Origin: the human T2T-CHM13v2.0 reference genome, Homo sapiens
Reading direction: 5' to 3' (one strand)
Assembly: GCF_009914755.1 (NCBI RefSeq)
Contig: NC_060930.1
DNA: 64,000 bases
Part shown: positions 41,351 to 55,035 of the stretch, piece after piece
Layout of the letters: every line of letters begins with the position of its first letter
Position numbering within the stretch: the first letter of the stretch is position 1
The notes under the pieces: model-generated
Told to the model about the DNA's origin: nothing
The model's input: the letters and a program-made list of their open reading frames with translations, nothing else
Databases searched by the model: none
Position numbers and translations under genes: made by a program

Positions 41351-44300
41351 ACAGGTACACATCTTGGCTGGTCGGAAACACTGCTTCTGGCCTGCTTGGT
41401 AATAAATCCTAGGTGTATGGTTACGCACATTTGTCCTCCACACCCTGATATGCAGGTGCCTCCGGCTTCCTTGTAGCTGCACCATTATTTTCCCCTAGCT
41501 AAGCAGTTAGCAGGCAAGGCTTCTCACGCAGCTGCAAGTCAGATGTGATTAACAGTATTTCATATGGAATATATTTGTGTCTGATCCATTTGCTTGATTA
41601 AATCACACTGTAGCTTAACAGCCTATTTGTTGATAATTTTTACTTATTTGAATTCAATGTAATAGCTTTTACTAGTGAAAATATATCAGCAAACATAAAA
41701 CGCTGAGAAAATGCAACACAACCTAATTCAGTGTAATCAGAAATAAAAGCAGAGCATTCTAGAGAATGCTGCTAGTCTTAGACCAGCTCTGCTTATTTAA
41801 TAAGCACAGATCCTTGGAGCAAAAAAGGTAGAGTATTTCTGGCTAAGTTACTGGTTACCAACTCCACGTCATACAAAGTAAACTCATCCTGGTCCCCCAT
41901 ATCAAAGGAGCACTCTCCTGGCAGCTCCCTGAAGGTCCCCAAGGCCGCACACATCTCTGGTTGACCCGAACGTTGCCTTCATCCTGAAGCTACAGCCCTA
42001 AAGCCTCTTTCCTCCCCTTCCCCTTCACAGCCAGCAGCCCTGGAAGCTGCCTCAGAGAGTTCATACTTCTCCCACCCACTATTAAATTGCCACTTCTGAG
42101 AAACTATTTGCCCCACATGTGAGAAACAGAATGAAATTCCAGGTAAATGGTAAGTCAGAGGATGTGAACATAGTTCCTTTTTTATTTAATGGGCTTCCAC
42201 TTCATTCTTCTACTTCTGAATGCATGAAAAATAGTCTGAACAGTCTTTGCTGTGCTGGGTGTGGCCAAAGACAGTCAGCACGTGGGTTTACGGAAAAGGA
42301 CGGGCAAAGCAAAAGGGGCAAAATCTCACTACGTTTAGTTGTCTTTTCACATCGTTTAAAAAAACAACAACACTATTTCGGGGATTTTTCCTGAACGTAA
42401 AGAGAGAAAGTATGTAATGAAATTCCAAGCATAAGGCATATCACAGAAATTGTGACCACAAATAAGGAATTAAGCTTAATGTCTTTAAAATGAGTATATA
42501 AAGGAGCAAAAAGAAGAACAAATTCCAATTCAGTATTCACTAATATGGACTATTTATTGTGGTTTTTTTTTGGCTGTCAGAAAATCCAATAAAATTAAGA
42601 TAAACATAATTTCTTTGGGAGCATTTATTGAGAGTACCTGAAAATTATCTTAATTAGAAATGGTTTTCTTGGAAACCACCCAAGATCTAGAAGAAGAGCT
42701 CACCTATCATGCCCCAAGAATAAGCCTTAGTGGTAAACTTTCCAGGAAGCTTTCTTTTTATCCATGACTGGAGCCAATATTGTTCCTGATGCTTGCTAAG
42801 AGTCCCTTCACACTTCCTTTATTAGGATACCATGTTTTCCTTAAAAGGGATGAGCAATTAAAATGTCTTTATATGTACACATAGATGAATTCTGATGATC
42901 TGTGACCACCAGAAATAGAAATAAATTGACAATTGATCTAATCAGACCATTTAAATCCAAAGCTGCCAATAATTTCACAGCACTTATACCCTAATAGCAA
43001 GCTTCTTTTGACTTGTTTGCCTCTATTGTTAGACATTAAGCTCACTGAGGGCAGGGATCCTATTTTTATGTCCCAGTTGCTTAGCACAATGCACACAGTA
43101 TGTGCTAAAATCTTTTGAGTGTATGAACAATTGAGCAAATAGATAAATAAAACGAAATTCTCCTTCCACTCAGCAGTTCATCACTAGCAATATCCCAGGT
43201 AGAGTCTCGCATTTTGTCTTCCTCATTCACTCCCTACTGTCTTTCAGGAGAAATGCCAGTTACAGCTGAAATAGCTCAAATAATAGGTCACCAAAGAGAA
43301 CCCTCTGGCTTTGGTAACTCCAAACTAATAACTGCTTCCTAAATGAAATGACTTTGCATATTGACACCTTTAGCAAGTTGGTGGAAGTCTTGAGTTAATA
43401 ATCTCACTTTTAATTAGTTTAAAATGTACATTCCCTGTTGGAAGAAATACAAACTAAGCTTTGGAGGTTCCACATCCCATCTTCTGAGGCTCTACTGGCG
43501 TGTGGAAAGGTTGAGTGGGGAGAAGATTCCTTTCAGCTCAGTGGACCTATGGTTCTGCTAAGTTAGGACGGTGAGGGTGGTGCATTTCCTTGCTCTCAAA
43601 GCCACCTTAGCTCATTAGGCAACTGGCATGGGTAACGTATTTTGTAGATAAGTGCAGTGACTCATAGGCCAGACACTCAGAGGGTATCCTATCCCAGCCA
43701 GGTGACGGTAACTCCAGCTTAGCAAATGGGCCAGTGTCCCCTTTCCTCATCTATGAAGTGGACTGTTGAATGAGATGCAGGTTACTCTGCCCAGCAATGT
43801 GTCGTGGTTCTTAGGCAATACTGTCAATGCCCTGAAAGCAGAGCTCTCTTGGGGATGAGGGTCTTGCGGTCACTGAGACCTGACACCTTTCTGGGGCACA
43901 CCCATGGAAGTCTATGGAAGATACCCAGTTTTCCTCTAGAAACCCCCAAAATTATAGTTGCCAGAGTCAACAACTTGGCCATCTCACTTGGTTCTATGCT
44001 GATAGAGGACAAAAATATTCAGTGAATTTCATTTTAATCTGTAATTAATAAACTGTTTCCAAATATGATTAAGTAACCTGACTTCTCTGTCACTTAGGGT
44101 TTAGCAAATGTTGGGTTATGGACGTAAAATTTATTTTAAAATCAAGTATGTTCAGAGAAGTTTTGCCAAGCATAAATGTAAAAGAGAGGAAAAAAAAGAA
44201 GGAACTTTAGAAATTTCTCATTATTTAAAAAAATAAAAAATGAAAATAAATAAAATCAAGTATGAAAACATTAGGACTGAGTCTCTCTCTGAAAGCCTTT

Positions 44301-44934
44301 TAAATGAAGATACTGTTTTCAACTTAAAGTAACTACATTAATTTCCTGTTTATGTCACTAGACTTTGAATTTCAAATAACAAAAATTTTCAAAGTCTTTG
44401 TATATTTCAAAATATAAATTTCACAGAAACAATTTTAAAATGTTTCCTATTATAAAACAAGTTATCTTTCTCATTCATCCACACAGAGGAAATACACATC
44501 TGTGTTCAGTACTTTGTGTCCTATTTCTCAACCTCAATCCATTGACAGACCTCCCCTGCTCAGTTTTACATTTTTTGATGAGTGCTTCTTGGCCTATAAC
44601 CAGCTGTGAACACACAAACGAACAGGCAGCCTTCTCAAGTATGGGTAGGGCGCAGAAGAGGAACTTACTGGACTGGGGCACAAAGTCAGCTGCTTGTGAG
44701 ACTCATCACTGGGTGGAAGTGCCCTGAGGCCAGGACTTCTATGTCTCGTGTCTTTTTGGACACAGTATCCAGAAAAAGACCAGCCCAAGACCCGGTCCTC
44801 CATAAACACTTGCAGAATGAATTCCTTGGAAAGCTTTTAACAAGACTCTCAAACTCTCAGGGTTTCTTCCCCTTAGCAATAGAATGAGGAAAGTTACATA
44901 TGCTACCCCGATTTTCACAAGTATCAAATAATAG

Positions 44935-45274
<340 letters not shown>

Positions 45275-47060
45275 ATTATTGACCATCTTAGTGAGACCTC
45301 CAGCACCTAGTACGGGATCTGGCACACAGGAAGCACTAATTGACTACTTGCTCTTAGACTACATGTATTTTCAGCCCATTTGACCTCCTACATCGCTGAT
45401 GGTTTATGTATGACTTCTAGAAATTTTATTTCTACATGGAAGAAACCTCGTTTCCTATTCCCACCACCCCCCCCCCCTCCCCGCTTGTTTCCCACTGTAT
45501 TCTTTCCGGAGGCACGCCTGCAGCCCAGCCCTCCTTGCAGAACCCTGTGACACCAGAGGCGTGTGTATCCAGAATCAGGCAGATTCCTGAACTCCCACTG
45601 GTCAGCCAGTGTCTAGTGCTGCTCTTCATAAACAATGCCTGGAGTGTGCTCACACGTGTACCTCTTCTTGGCAAAGACAGTAAATGGAAGGAGACAAGGA
45701 GTTGTCTAATAAACTTGGCATTGAGATGAAACAGGAAACAAAGACATGTATCCGGATAAAGATAAATACTGTTCTGAGTTTCTGATCTTGTCAACTTCAG
45801 ATTTTTTAAGTGCCTGTGTCCCAGGAAAATGATTTGCCTCACTGGTGTGCTTCATTTCTTTCAATATTAGACTTAAAAGCAAGCCCTCCTCCAGTACTGG
45901 ATTAACAGTTTTGTTTGAAAGATGTGTTTTACCCTCGGGAACCGGCCATACTGATCCTATCTAGTACTTCCAATTCTGATTTAGGGATGCCATAAGAGAA
46001 ACTTTTTAAACAAGTAATTCTCTTCTACTTTTTTGTCTATTCCTCAGGTCTCTCAATTGTTACAGAACCCATGTCTGTGTCTAATATCATGGCAGCTGGG
46101 ACAAAGAAAACCAAGATGAAACATTTGAGATTGTTCCAGCTGAAACAAACCAACCAAAACCCCACAGGTGCCAGCCTTGAGGCAAAGGCGGGACAGTGTC
46201 AGGCGAAATCTTTGGGTCCCAGCCTCAGTCTCCCCATCACCATGTCTTTTTCACTTAAACACGTTTCACTGTTTTGTCATCTATAGATTCAACAATGTGA
46301 TTTGGACACTGGGAATAAGAGAATAAGATTTGATGGTTGAAATAAAACACACCACGAGAGAACCGTCCACAAGGAAACTCTAAGATGCCAAGATGCGGGA
46401 CAGGTAGAAAGGACAGGACTTTGGGAGTACTCTGGGTTTTCAGGACGAATCTGTATCAGCCTCGGCGCTGCGAGGATATTGCATCAGGCTCTTTACTCCT
46501 GAACGCCGTTTTAGACGCCTAAGCAGATTGTGCTGCTGCCTGTTCTTCCCCGTTCTGTGAATTCTACACTGACTTCAAGTGCACGAATGAGCTACAAGAT
46601 AAGGTGGAACCTGCCGGCCGGGCACGGCAGACAGCACCTGATCAGCGCCTCGGAGGGCGGAGCTGGGGGGCTTCTCCACTCGGGACTTTGAGGGACCCCC
46701 GCGGAGCGCTCCGCGCCACTCGGCGGTCTAGCTGCAGAGAAAGCCCCTCCTCACCCGGGGCACCCTGTGGCCCACAGGGGACCATCCCACACCCCGTGCA
46801 GCCAGCGGCGGAGAAACCAGCTGGAAATGCAGTGGGGGTGGAGTTGCCCCCGCGAGGACCCACGGACCGCCCAATTACTACGGAGTCCCAGCGATAACGT
46901 TTGGAGCCGTTTGGTTCGATTTTCGGAACCGGACCAGCTTTCCAGTAACTTGAACTCCCTGATGGGTCTCGGGGTCCACCCAGGGGTGGCGAGGCGGGCT
47001 CGGGCGACCACGGCCCGCTCAGTGCCCGGCACCTGCGCGCCCCGAGGGCGGCCGCATTAC

Positions 47061-47159
47061 CTCGAGCCGGCTCAGGCTGGAGCTCTTGGAGCGCGACTTC
47101 CTGCGCAGGTACACGGAGAAGAACCTGCGCACGGCGAACTTCTTCATGCTCAGGTCCAT
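47061..47159 (-). CDS. RPS6KA2: First coding exon of ribosomal protein S6 kinase alpha-2 (RSK3), 33 codons, phase-0 donor
   Basis: MDLSMKKFAVRRFFSVYLRRKSRSKSSSLSRLE is the RSK3 N-terminus as I recall it; strong Kozak gcgATGG; donor GAG|GTAATG at 47060. Confidence 0.93.
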
Positions 47160-47215
47160 CGCCCCGCGCCCAGCCCGGAGCAGCCGCAGGGCCGGGGGAC
47201 GCGCATCCCCGGCAT
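47150..47215 (-). other. Overlapping out-of-frame uORF (MPGMRVPRPCGCSGLGAGRWT*)
   Basis: ATGs at 47215 and 47206, both with G at -3; stop at 47152-47150 lies inside the RSK3 CDS. Confidence 0.55.
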
Positions 47216-47229
47216 CCCAGGCGCGGGGC

Positions 47230-47280
47230 TCAGGTCCGCGGGCGGGCACGCGTGGCCAGGGAGCCCGGCACGGCGGCCAT
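47230..47280 (-). other. uORF in the RPS6KA2 5' leader (MAAVPGSLATRARPRT*)
   Basis: ATG at 47280 (cccATGG), TGA ending 47230; requires a TSS upstream of 47280. Confidence 0.55.
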
Positions 47281-50200
47281 GGGCGCGGGGCGTGGGGCGC
47301 GAGCTGCGGTCACAAAGGGCAGGCCGCGCCGGCCACCGCGGCCGGGGCCACAATCGCTCCCTCCGCCTCCTTCTCCGCCTCCCCTGCGAGTACCAGCGCC
47401 GGCCACGCGCCACGCCTACACCACGCCCACCACCACTACCACCAATCAGCGCCCGCCGCTCCGCGCCCCGGCACGCACACCTCCTCCTCCTCCGCCCCGC
47501 CCCGCCACTACGGCCAATCAGCGCTCACCACCCCTCCCGTTCCCACCCACCACCAGCACTGCCAATGAGAGCCCACCGCCCCGCCCAGGAGAGCCCCGCC
47601 TCTGCCGATACCTCCAATCATCAGCGCCGCCCTGTGGTTCCAGGTGCCCATCCCTCCTCCTCTTTCTACTCCTTCCTACAAGAACCAGCTCCGTGCAGCC
47701 CCGCCCCCACGCGGTTCCGCCCACGGCCCCGCCCACAGCACTGCCCGCCAATCAGTGCCCGCAGCCGCCGCATACCTAATGAGCCTCGGCCCGGGACAGC
47801 TCCCGGCCCGGGCGAGTTGTGCAGCTGCTCCGGAGCCGCGCAGTCGCGGGCGTTCCTGTCACGCAACTTCGGCCCGGCTGCTCTTTCTTCCAGCTTGGGG
47901 CCGTCATTATGTTTTCCTTCCTTAAAACATCCCTATGCACACTTTGTCATCATGTTTTTCTCTGCCGAACCAAACTTTAATTGTTGATCAGCAAACGCAG
48001 CCAAAACCTCAGCGGCACAGCGAGCGAGGGACCGCCGCCTGTCAGCGGGCCCTGCAGCTCGGCCAGGAGCCGCCCTCCGCGGAACCGGCGCCTTCCCTCC
48101 GCCGGAGCGGACAAAGGCGCCCGAGGGCGGGGGCTCAGGCAGCCCTCGGGGCGCCTCCCTCCCGCGGCTGCAGAACAAAGACGCATCCGCCCTCCGCAGC
48201 CGGTCCCGCTCTAGGAAACGTCTACACAGATGGCTTATCAGGGCCCGCGCTGGGAATACCCGGGCGGGGTGACCTGGGTCTAGGGCAAGGCCCTCAGACC
48301 CGCTGCTGGCGGCAGCGCCGCTCGGGATCCGCCTTAAAGGGAAACACTTTTTTTTTTTTTTTCCTAGAAATGCTCACCAAGGGCTGCAGCAGGGCCGAGA
48401 ATGCGGGCTCACGACCCCGTGCAGCCTGCTCTGTTTTCCTCTTGTGCACGTGTTGAGTTTGTATTTAAAAACAGGGAGAAACCGAGCCCATTGACATAGC
48501 ACCATCACCACCTGCAAAGAGCAGAAACGAGTGCGGTGGTGAGTTGACAAGTCTTGCTTGCTCTTTTGCAGTGCGAACTGCAAAATCCTCGCGTTGTTTT
48601 GCTCCCTGGACTAGTCAGATGTTGCGTTAATACTTGTGTAGTCTATTTTGGCTAAGGTGGGTAGAGAGGTCAGAATGTCCTTAAATAAGAGCTTTAAAGT
48701 CATGCTGCATCCGGGCTGAGGTGAGGTCAGATAGGCTCTCTGGGTTTCCTGGAGACCCGCGTTGAGCGGTGCTGCTCCGGAGTGGAAGCCGGGAGTTTAG
48801 CACCACGACTCTGGCGCTGCCCCTTCCTTGCTTGGTGAACTTGGGTGCCGTTGCACGTTGTTCCCACGACTCATCTCTAAGAGGAAAATACGAGTGAAAC
48901 CTGTCTCACCTCCCTTACTGGATACCAAGAGGCTTATGCAAGATCACGGATGTGGGAGTGCTTTGTGAATTTAAATAGTGCAATTGATTTTCATATTATG
49001 TATTAAAGGATCTATAATGACTATTCTTTAAAAACAGAAGTGCAGGACCCCACAAGGACACCAAACACCACTTTTTGCTCCTTTTCAAGATGGTGTGCCA
49101 GTTAAGTGCCCATGAAAACTGCTTTGCCTGCTTCCTTTAAGGTTCTGCTGGGAGGGTAGTAATCTGTGCTCTCAGAACCAGCCTCTTAGTGCCCTGTATC
49201 CCTGCTGGGACCCTCAGGCATCCTGGCTCTAGGCAAACACAAAGACACTCTGTACCCAGCACGGGAAGAGGTAGATGGACCTCCAACTGGACACAGACTC
49301 CGGGAATGAGGGAGGACCAACCCGACCATGCTTCCTTCGGAAGGGGAGCCAGTAATACTGGCCGGAGACAGGAGTGCTGAATGCCACCTATACCAACTCA
49401 TGGGCATCCTGTTCAGGACAAAAGCCCCAAGGCAGGCAGGCCTAAGTCAAGGCTTGTGTTGTACCAACAATAGTATTTTGACCTGATCTGACAAAATTGG
49501 AAAGGAAATATTTCATGGGACATTCATTAGTTCCCCAAATTTGAAGGCAACAAAACTGTTCTGTTGAACTTGGGAGGGAAAATCATTCAGATTTCACTGG
49601 AATTCATTGCTAGAACAATAAATCTGTTTGCCTTTGTTTTTCTCCTGGTAAAATACACGTATACCAAAATCTCTAGTGATCATGGAACACTACTTCATGT
49701 GATTATGTAATGAAATCCTCCAAAACCACTAAATCTAGGGTAGGTATAATATCAAGACCCACTGTAACCGAAATCCAAATTATCCTTACCAAATACCAGA
49801 AAAGAAAGTGAACTTGATAAAGGCTCTTGCCCAGATGATGGAATGGGAGAGGACTGAAGAGAAGATAAAGAGCTTGGTAGACCTCTGAGTATCTCATATT
49901 TCCTCTGACTCAAGCACAGTAAGTTTGAGACTGAATTCCGTGGTGACTGCTGCTTCTATGAGTACCAGATTAGCTGATGTGTGGTCAATGCAATTCCACA
50001 AGTGATTATCGAGCACTAACATCTGGCACTGTGGTGGTCATTTGTGACACAAAATGATTACAACATCCCAAGAAGTTCACAGTCTTATGGAAGAGGTGAG
50101 TGAACAGACAAAGCTCATGCCGTTTTTATGTAAAGTGAAAGAAATGCGTAAGAGATGAATGAGAAGCCAATTCTAATTGGCGAAGTCAAGGAGGAGATGG

Positions 50201-52139
50201 CCTTTGCTCTGAACCCCTGAGGGTAAGAAGATGAGGGAATAAGTTTCCTGGACAGACAAGAGGAGGCGGGAGTCCCAGGCTGAGGAATAACAGGGCACTG
50301 TCAGGCAGCTGTGACAAGGTTTCCCATCTCTCCCTGCTACACAGGCACCTTGTGGGTAAGGCTGGTGTGCTCTCTGCATATGGGAAGATGCCACATTCTC
50401 GGGGCACCCCACAGGAGTGGCTTGAGTGACATCCAAGAGCTTCTAATTAGTCAAGTACCACAAATGTCTGTTCGTCTCCAAACAGTCCTACAGGCTGCTG
50501 AAAGTTTCAAGCTTCTAAAACTCCCACATATTTTCAATAAAACGCTAAATTGCACTTCAAGTGAAACTATATATCTTTAAAATAAATTGAAACATTCGGT
50601 CTTCATTAGGACTAAAGTTTTGCCATGGCAGGTGAATTCACTAGGTTCACCTGATGCAAAACTTCACCAGGATCACCAGGGTCACCTGGTGCTGGCCATC
50701 TGCGAAAGCAGGAAGTCGTGCTTTTCCAGAGTATCAGCATTCGAAGGCTCTGCCCATCACAGGCATCCTGCTGGATGCTCCAGAGACAGTGTCCAGCCAG
50801 TACGAGGGAGGGAGGTAGGCTTCAGTGTGTGCCCCTGTGAACTACTTCCTGTGGCTGTGATACAAATGGGTTTAGTCAAGCTTCCCTTAGTGTAGTCCCT
50901 GAGTGTACAGAAAGGAATCCTTTTCCTGGGCTGTGGATCCCCGTGTACTTGAAATGTTTATGACTTTGAAGTTTCTTGAATGTAGGAATTAGTCCTTGCT
51001 CAGGAAGATGGTCTTAAAGTCCTGAGACCCTAGAAGGTAAACTGTAGTGGACAGTTCAGGTGGGGGCACGTTCGGAGCAGGTGTCAGCAAGGGGCCTGGA
51101 GCTGTCAGGGAAGGGCTTCTTGGGCCCTCGGCAAAAGTCAGAAGGGATCAAGTTTGCCTCTGGTCTCTGGCTGGCCCCTGGCCCTCACCCACAGGACACT
51201 TGGGTCTCATTCACATCTGGGTGCCAACCAAGCCATGTCAGAATGACACCTGTGCCCTCAGTTTAACAGTTTAAAATCTCTGAGCATATCGAAAATTTAA
51301 AAAGAAAGTCTTAATGCGTAAAAGTCTTCAAAATGACAGAAATAAAGCTCTAATGGTGAAGTACCAGGAAATGGAATTTACATTTGAAACCAGAGGGCCT
51401 GGTTTCTGAGTAGTCAGGAGAGGCAGGTGGAAACCCACAGGCCAGTTGTACTTGACCCTTATTGACTGGCTTACATTTAGGAAGAAAAACCACATTGGGT
51501 TTCAAGCTGTGGAAACCATCATGGTTGGCTTCCTCCCTCCCCGCTGGAGCCCTCATCCCCCATCCAACCTGGGTAGGAAGGCACAGGGCTCACAGAAGGT
51601 GGGCTTCACCTGCAACACCTCCCCTGCCAGCCCGCTGTGAGGACAGCTTTGGATTTTATTGGTTTTTAAATACTATGTTCCTTCATACCACTTTCTTTTG
51701 AAACCCATTTATAAACCATAGGGCCAGAATCTACAGAGAGGCTGATCAAATAACTTTCCTGGTAACACAGATTTTTTTTCGTCCCTCTGCCTGGGGCACT
51801 CTGGTGCCTTCCATGGTGTCAGCGGAGCACGGCTGGAGTCATGACTCCCAAACAGCGAGAAGGGAGGGCCCTGCCTCAGTGAGCCCTTTTTCTCTTTGAG
51901 ACAGTGGAATCCAAGAGATAGATGCGAACACACAGAGCAGTCACAGACACAGCGGAGCAGAGACAGACCAGAGAGAGGCTGCGCGGCAAATGGAGCCCAG
52001 ACAGGTGGCACCTCAGGGCAGCACCAGTATCAGCTAAGGTGTAAATGCCTCGAAAAGACCTAAATCAAACACCACATGAGAGAGATGAAATTCAGACAGA
52101 GAGGCGGTGGGGACAGCGCTCCTCTCCGCACATTTCCAG

Positions 52140-52807
52140 GATACTAACTCCAGCTGCCATGCGGTGCCTTCAACCTCCAGGACCTGTCTGCCTCATAGCT
52201 GAAGCTTTGTACCCTTTGAGCAACATCGCCCTTCCCCACCCCCAGCCCTGGGGAGTTTTTAGACTCCACAGATAAGTGAGATCATGGACATTTGTCTCCC
52301 CATGTCTGGCTTATTCCACTTAGTATGATGTCCCCAGGCCCACCTGTGTTGCCCGCAGGTAGCTATGTGAGATGATGGGTGTGTTCATTAGCTTGATTGT
52401 GGGAACCCTTACATGAGGTATACCTACAGCAAACACCATGGGGTGTCCCTTAAATTATGCAACTTTTGGCTGCACGGGGTAGCTCACGCCTATAATCCCA
52501 GCACTTTGGGAGGCTGAGGTGGGCAGATCACCTGAGATCAGGAGTTCGAGACCAGCCTGACCAACATGGAGAAACCCCTTCTCTACTAAAAATACAAAAT
52601 TAGCCGGGCATGGTGGCGCATGCCTGTAATCCCAGCTACTCGGGAGGCTAAGGCAGGAGCATCCCTTGAACCTGGGAGGCAGAGTTGCAGTGAGTGGAGA
52701 TCATACCATTGCACTCCAGCCTGGGCAACAAGAGCGAAACTCCATCTCAAAAAAAAAAAAAATTTCTTTGTCAATTATACCTCAACAAAGCTGGAGAAAA
52801 TAAAAAG
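52140..52807. mobile_element. L1MA 3' end with an inverted 5' part, interrupted by an Alu
   Basis: Minus-strand L1 sequence at ~52140-52350 (ccacagataagtgagatcatg...tctggcttattccacttag) abuts a plus-strand L1 end (tgagatgatgggtgtgttcattagcttgattgtgg...tcaattatacctcaacaaagctgg). Confidence 0.55.
52468..52762 (+). mobile_element. AluS (Sp/Sq-like) element
   Basis: Full Alu with ctgaccaacatggagaaacc and an A tail. Confidence 0.93.
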
Positions 52808-53067
52808 AATGAATGAGGAAGGACATACAGAAATCAACAGCAACAACACAGAGGAGAAAGACCAGAAGACAGACACAAAGACCAGGAGACCAAGAAGGAA
52901 CTTAACCCAAAGGAAAGGAAACTGGGAGCCCGAGCTTAGTGAGGGAGGAGAAAGCAGGGACAGACAGCGCAACTCAGGAACAGGGTCGGGGAGAGGCAGA
53001 GGCACACTGAGCGGTGTGGGGAGGCCAGAGGACAACGTGGACTCAACATGGGCGTGAAATACCTCGG

Positions 53068-53395
<328 letters not shown>

Positions 53396-53419
53396 CTAAG
53401 TCCACAGAGCAAGAAAGGA

Positions 53420-53698
53420 AATTGGGGCAGAGTAAAGGGGTGAGTTTCTTCTTCTACCTCTGGCCAGTGTGTAAGGATGGGATGCTCAGAGCTAGCAGTA
53501 CTTTGGGCCCATGAGGTCATGCTAAGCATGGCACAGCAGAAAACTGGAAACATTTTGGATCCTTGATAACACTGTTGAGTTACTGCATTAACCAAGTCTG
53601 CAGCCAAACCGCTTTGAGGCTTACTTCTGTGGAAAATAAATCTTCTCGTTGAGCTGAGTTTTCTGTCATTAGCAGCCAAAGGAATCCTAACTGATATA
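53420..53698 (+). mobile_element. MLT1J/K-like LTR 3' remnant
   Basis: ttggatccttgataacactgttgag...gagttttctgtcattagcagccaaaggaatcctaactgatata. Confidence 0.55.
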
Positions 53699-54771
53699 CT
53701 GAGCAAGGCATTCGTTATTCACTCGGTTAATCCAGACTTAAATCTAGTTACTAAATCTAAATTTTTATAAAAGTTACTTACAGATTATTTAATAGTCATA
53801 ATATTTGTAAAACATTATGGTAGAAAATGCTGTGAGATTATAATTACAGTTATAATTATAGGATGGAAGAATTACTTGTTTGAATTTATTCACGTATCAT
53901 GCATTTCATGATCTCTTCCTCTGTACTCAGCACTGTGCCCTCTCACAAGATCATCACGGGCTAGTGACAAATGATCAGATACAAAAATATACTATGAGTC
54001 AGCGGAACGTGCCACGCTTTAAGGCAGACAAACATGCAGCTGGCCCATGGGGAGGGAGGAAGGACTAGAGGGACACGGGGACGGTTTTTCAAACCAGGCA
54101 AGTGGAGACGAGAGCAGAAAGAAAGAGCAGCTTGCGCAAAGGCCCTGGGGTGAGTGACACTGTGTGGGCAGAGTGTAGGCTCAGGGCGTGGGGTCAGGCA
54201 GAGGGAATGACGTTTGTTCTCAGCTTAACAAAGAGGCCACTGAAACGTGAAGCCAAGGACGACAGGGACACACTTGCATTTGAGAAAGTTCTCCTGGCAG
54301 CAGGGTGCACAGCAGAGGAAGCAGATTCGGGGAGGTGCCCCTGTGACAGTCTTGTGGGGCAGGACAGTGTCCTCATGAAGAGCAAACCGCAGTGGCCACA
54401 GTGATGGAGAGCAAGAGGCCGAGGTGGGCAGTAACACTGGGAGCAGAACTTGCCGCAGACCCACGGGCTGAGGGGAAGGAAATGGGGCCGGACGTTTCCA
54501 GGATAAGTCCTTGCGTCCACAGGCGCCACCTCTGAGTTGCTCCTCCCCCTTCCTCATCCCTCCATTTTACCACCTCGAAATCAAAATCGAAATCGAAATC
54601 GCTGAGCTTTTACACAGTTCACTCAGATGCTTCCCTGTAAATCCATGACTTGCAAAACTGTCAGGTTTTATTCCAACATGACCACAAACATGGAAAAACA
54701 AAGACATGTGTAAATTATGTGAGATGAGAAAATAACACATAACTCTAAAAAGGGAATTTCATTTGCAAATG

Positions 54772-55035
54772 TTTTTTGAGGCAGAATCTCACTCTGTCCC
54801 CCAGGCTGGAGTGCAGTGGTGTGAACTCAGCTCACTGCAACCTCCTCCTCCTGTGATTGTTGAGTCGCTGGGGCTACAGGTGTGCGCCACCTTGCCCAGC
54901 TAATTTTTGTACTTTTAGTAGAGATGGGGTTTTGCCATGTTGACCAGGCTGGTCTCGAATTCCTGACCTCAAGTGGTCCGCCCACCTCAGCCTCCCAAAG
55001 TGCTGGGGTTACAGGTGTGAGCCACTACACTCAGT
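54772..55035 (-). mobile_element. AluS element with an internal deletion
   Basis: Reverse Alu; right-arm segment shortened at ~54850-54870. Confidence 0.88.

Larger units (their letters stand above)
46600..48450. promoter_or_regulatory. RPS6KA2: CpG island and promoter of the RPS6KA2 short isoform
   Basis: Very GC- and CpG-rich; multiple GC boxes; CCAAT at 47442, 47514, 47562, 47614 and 47748; surrounds the first coding exon. Confidence 0.9.

Noticed and set aside
47019-47249. ORF-track 76-aa version of the RSK3 exon
   Set aside because: It starts at a GTG and reads through the splice donor; the supported CDS is 47159-47061. A GTG-initiated N-terminal extension is not excluded but has no support
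46767-47987. 406-aa plus-strand ORF and other long ORFs in the CpG island
   Set aside because: Stop codons are depleted in very GC-rich DNA; the product is low-complexity P/R/A, begins at a non-ATG codon, and is antisense to RPS6KA2 exon 1
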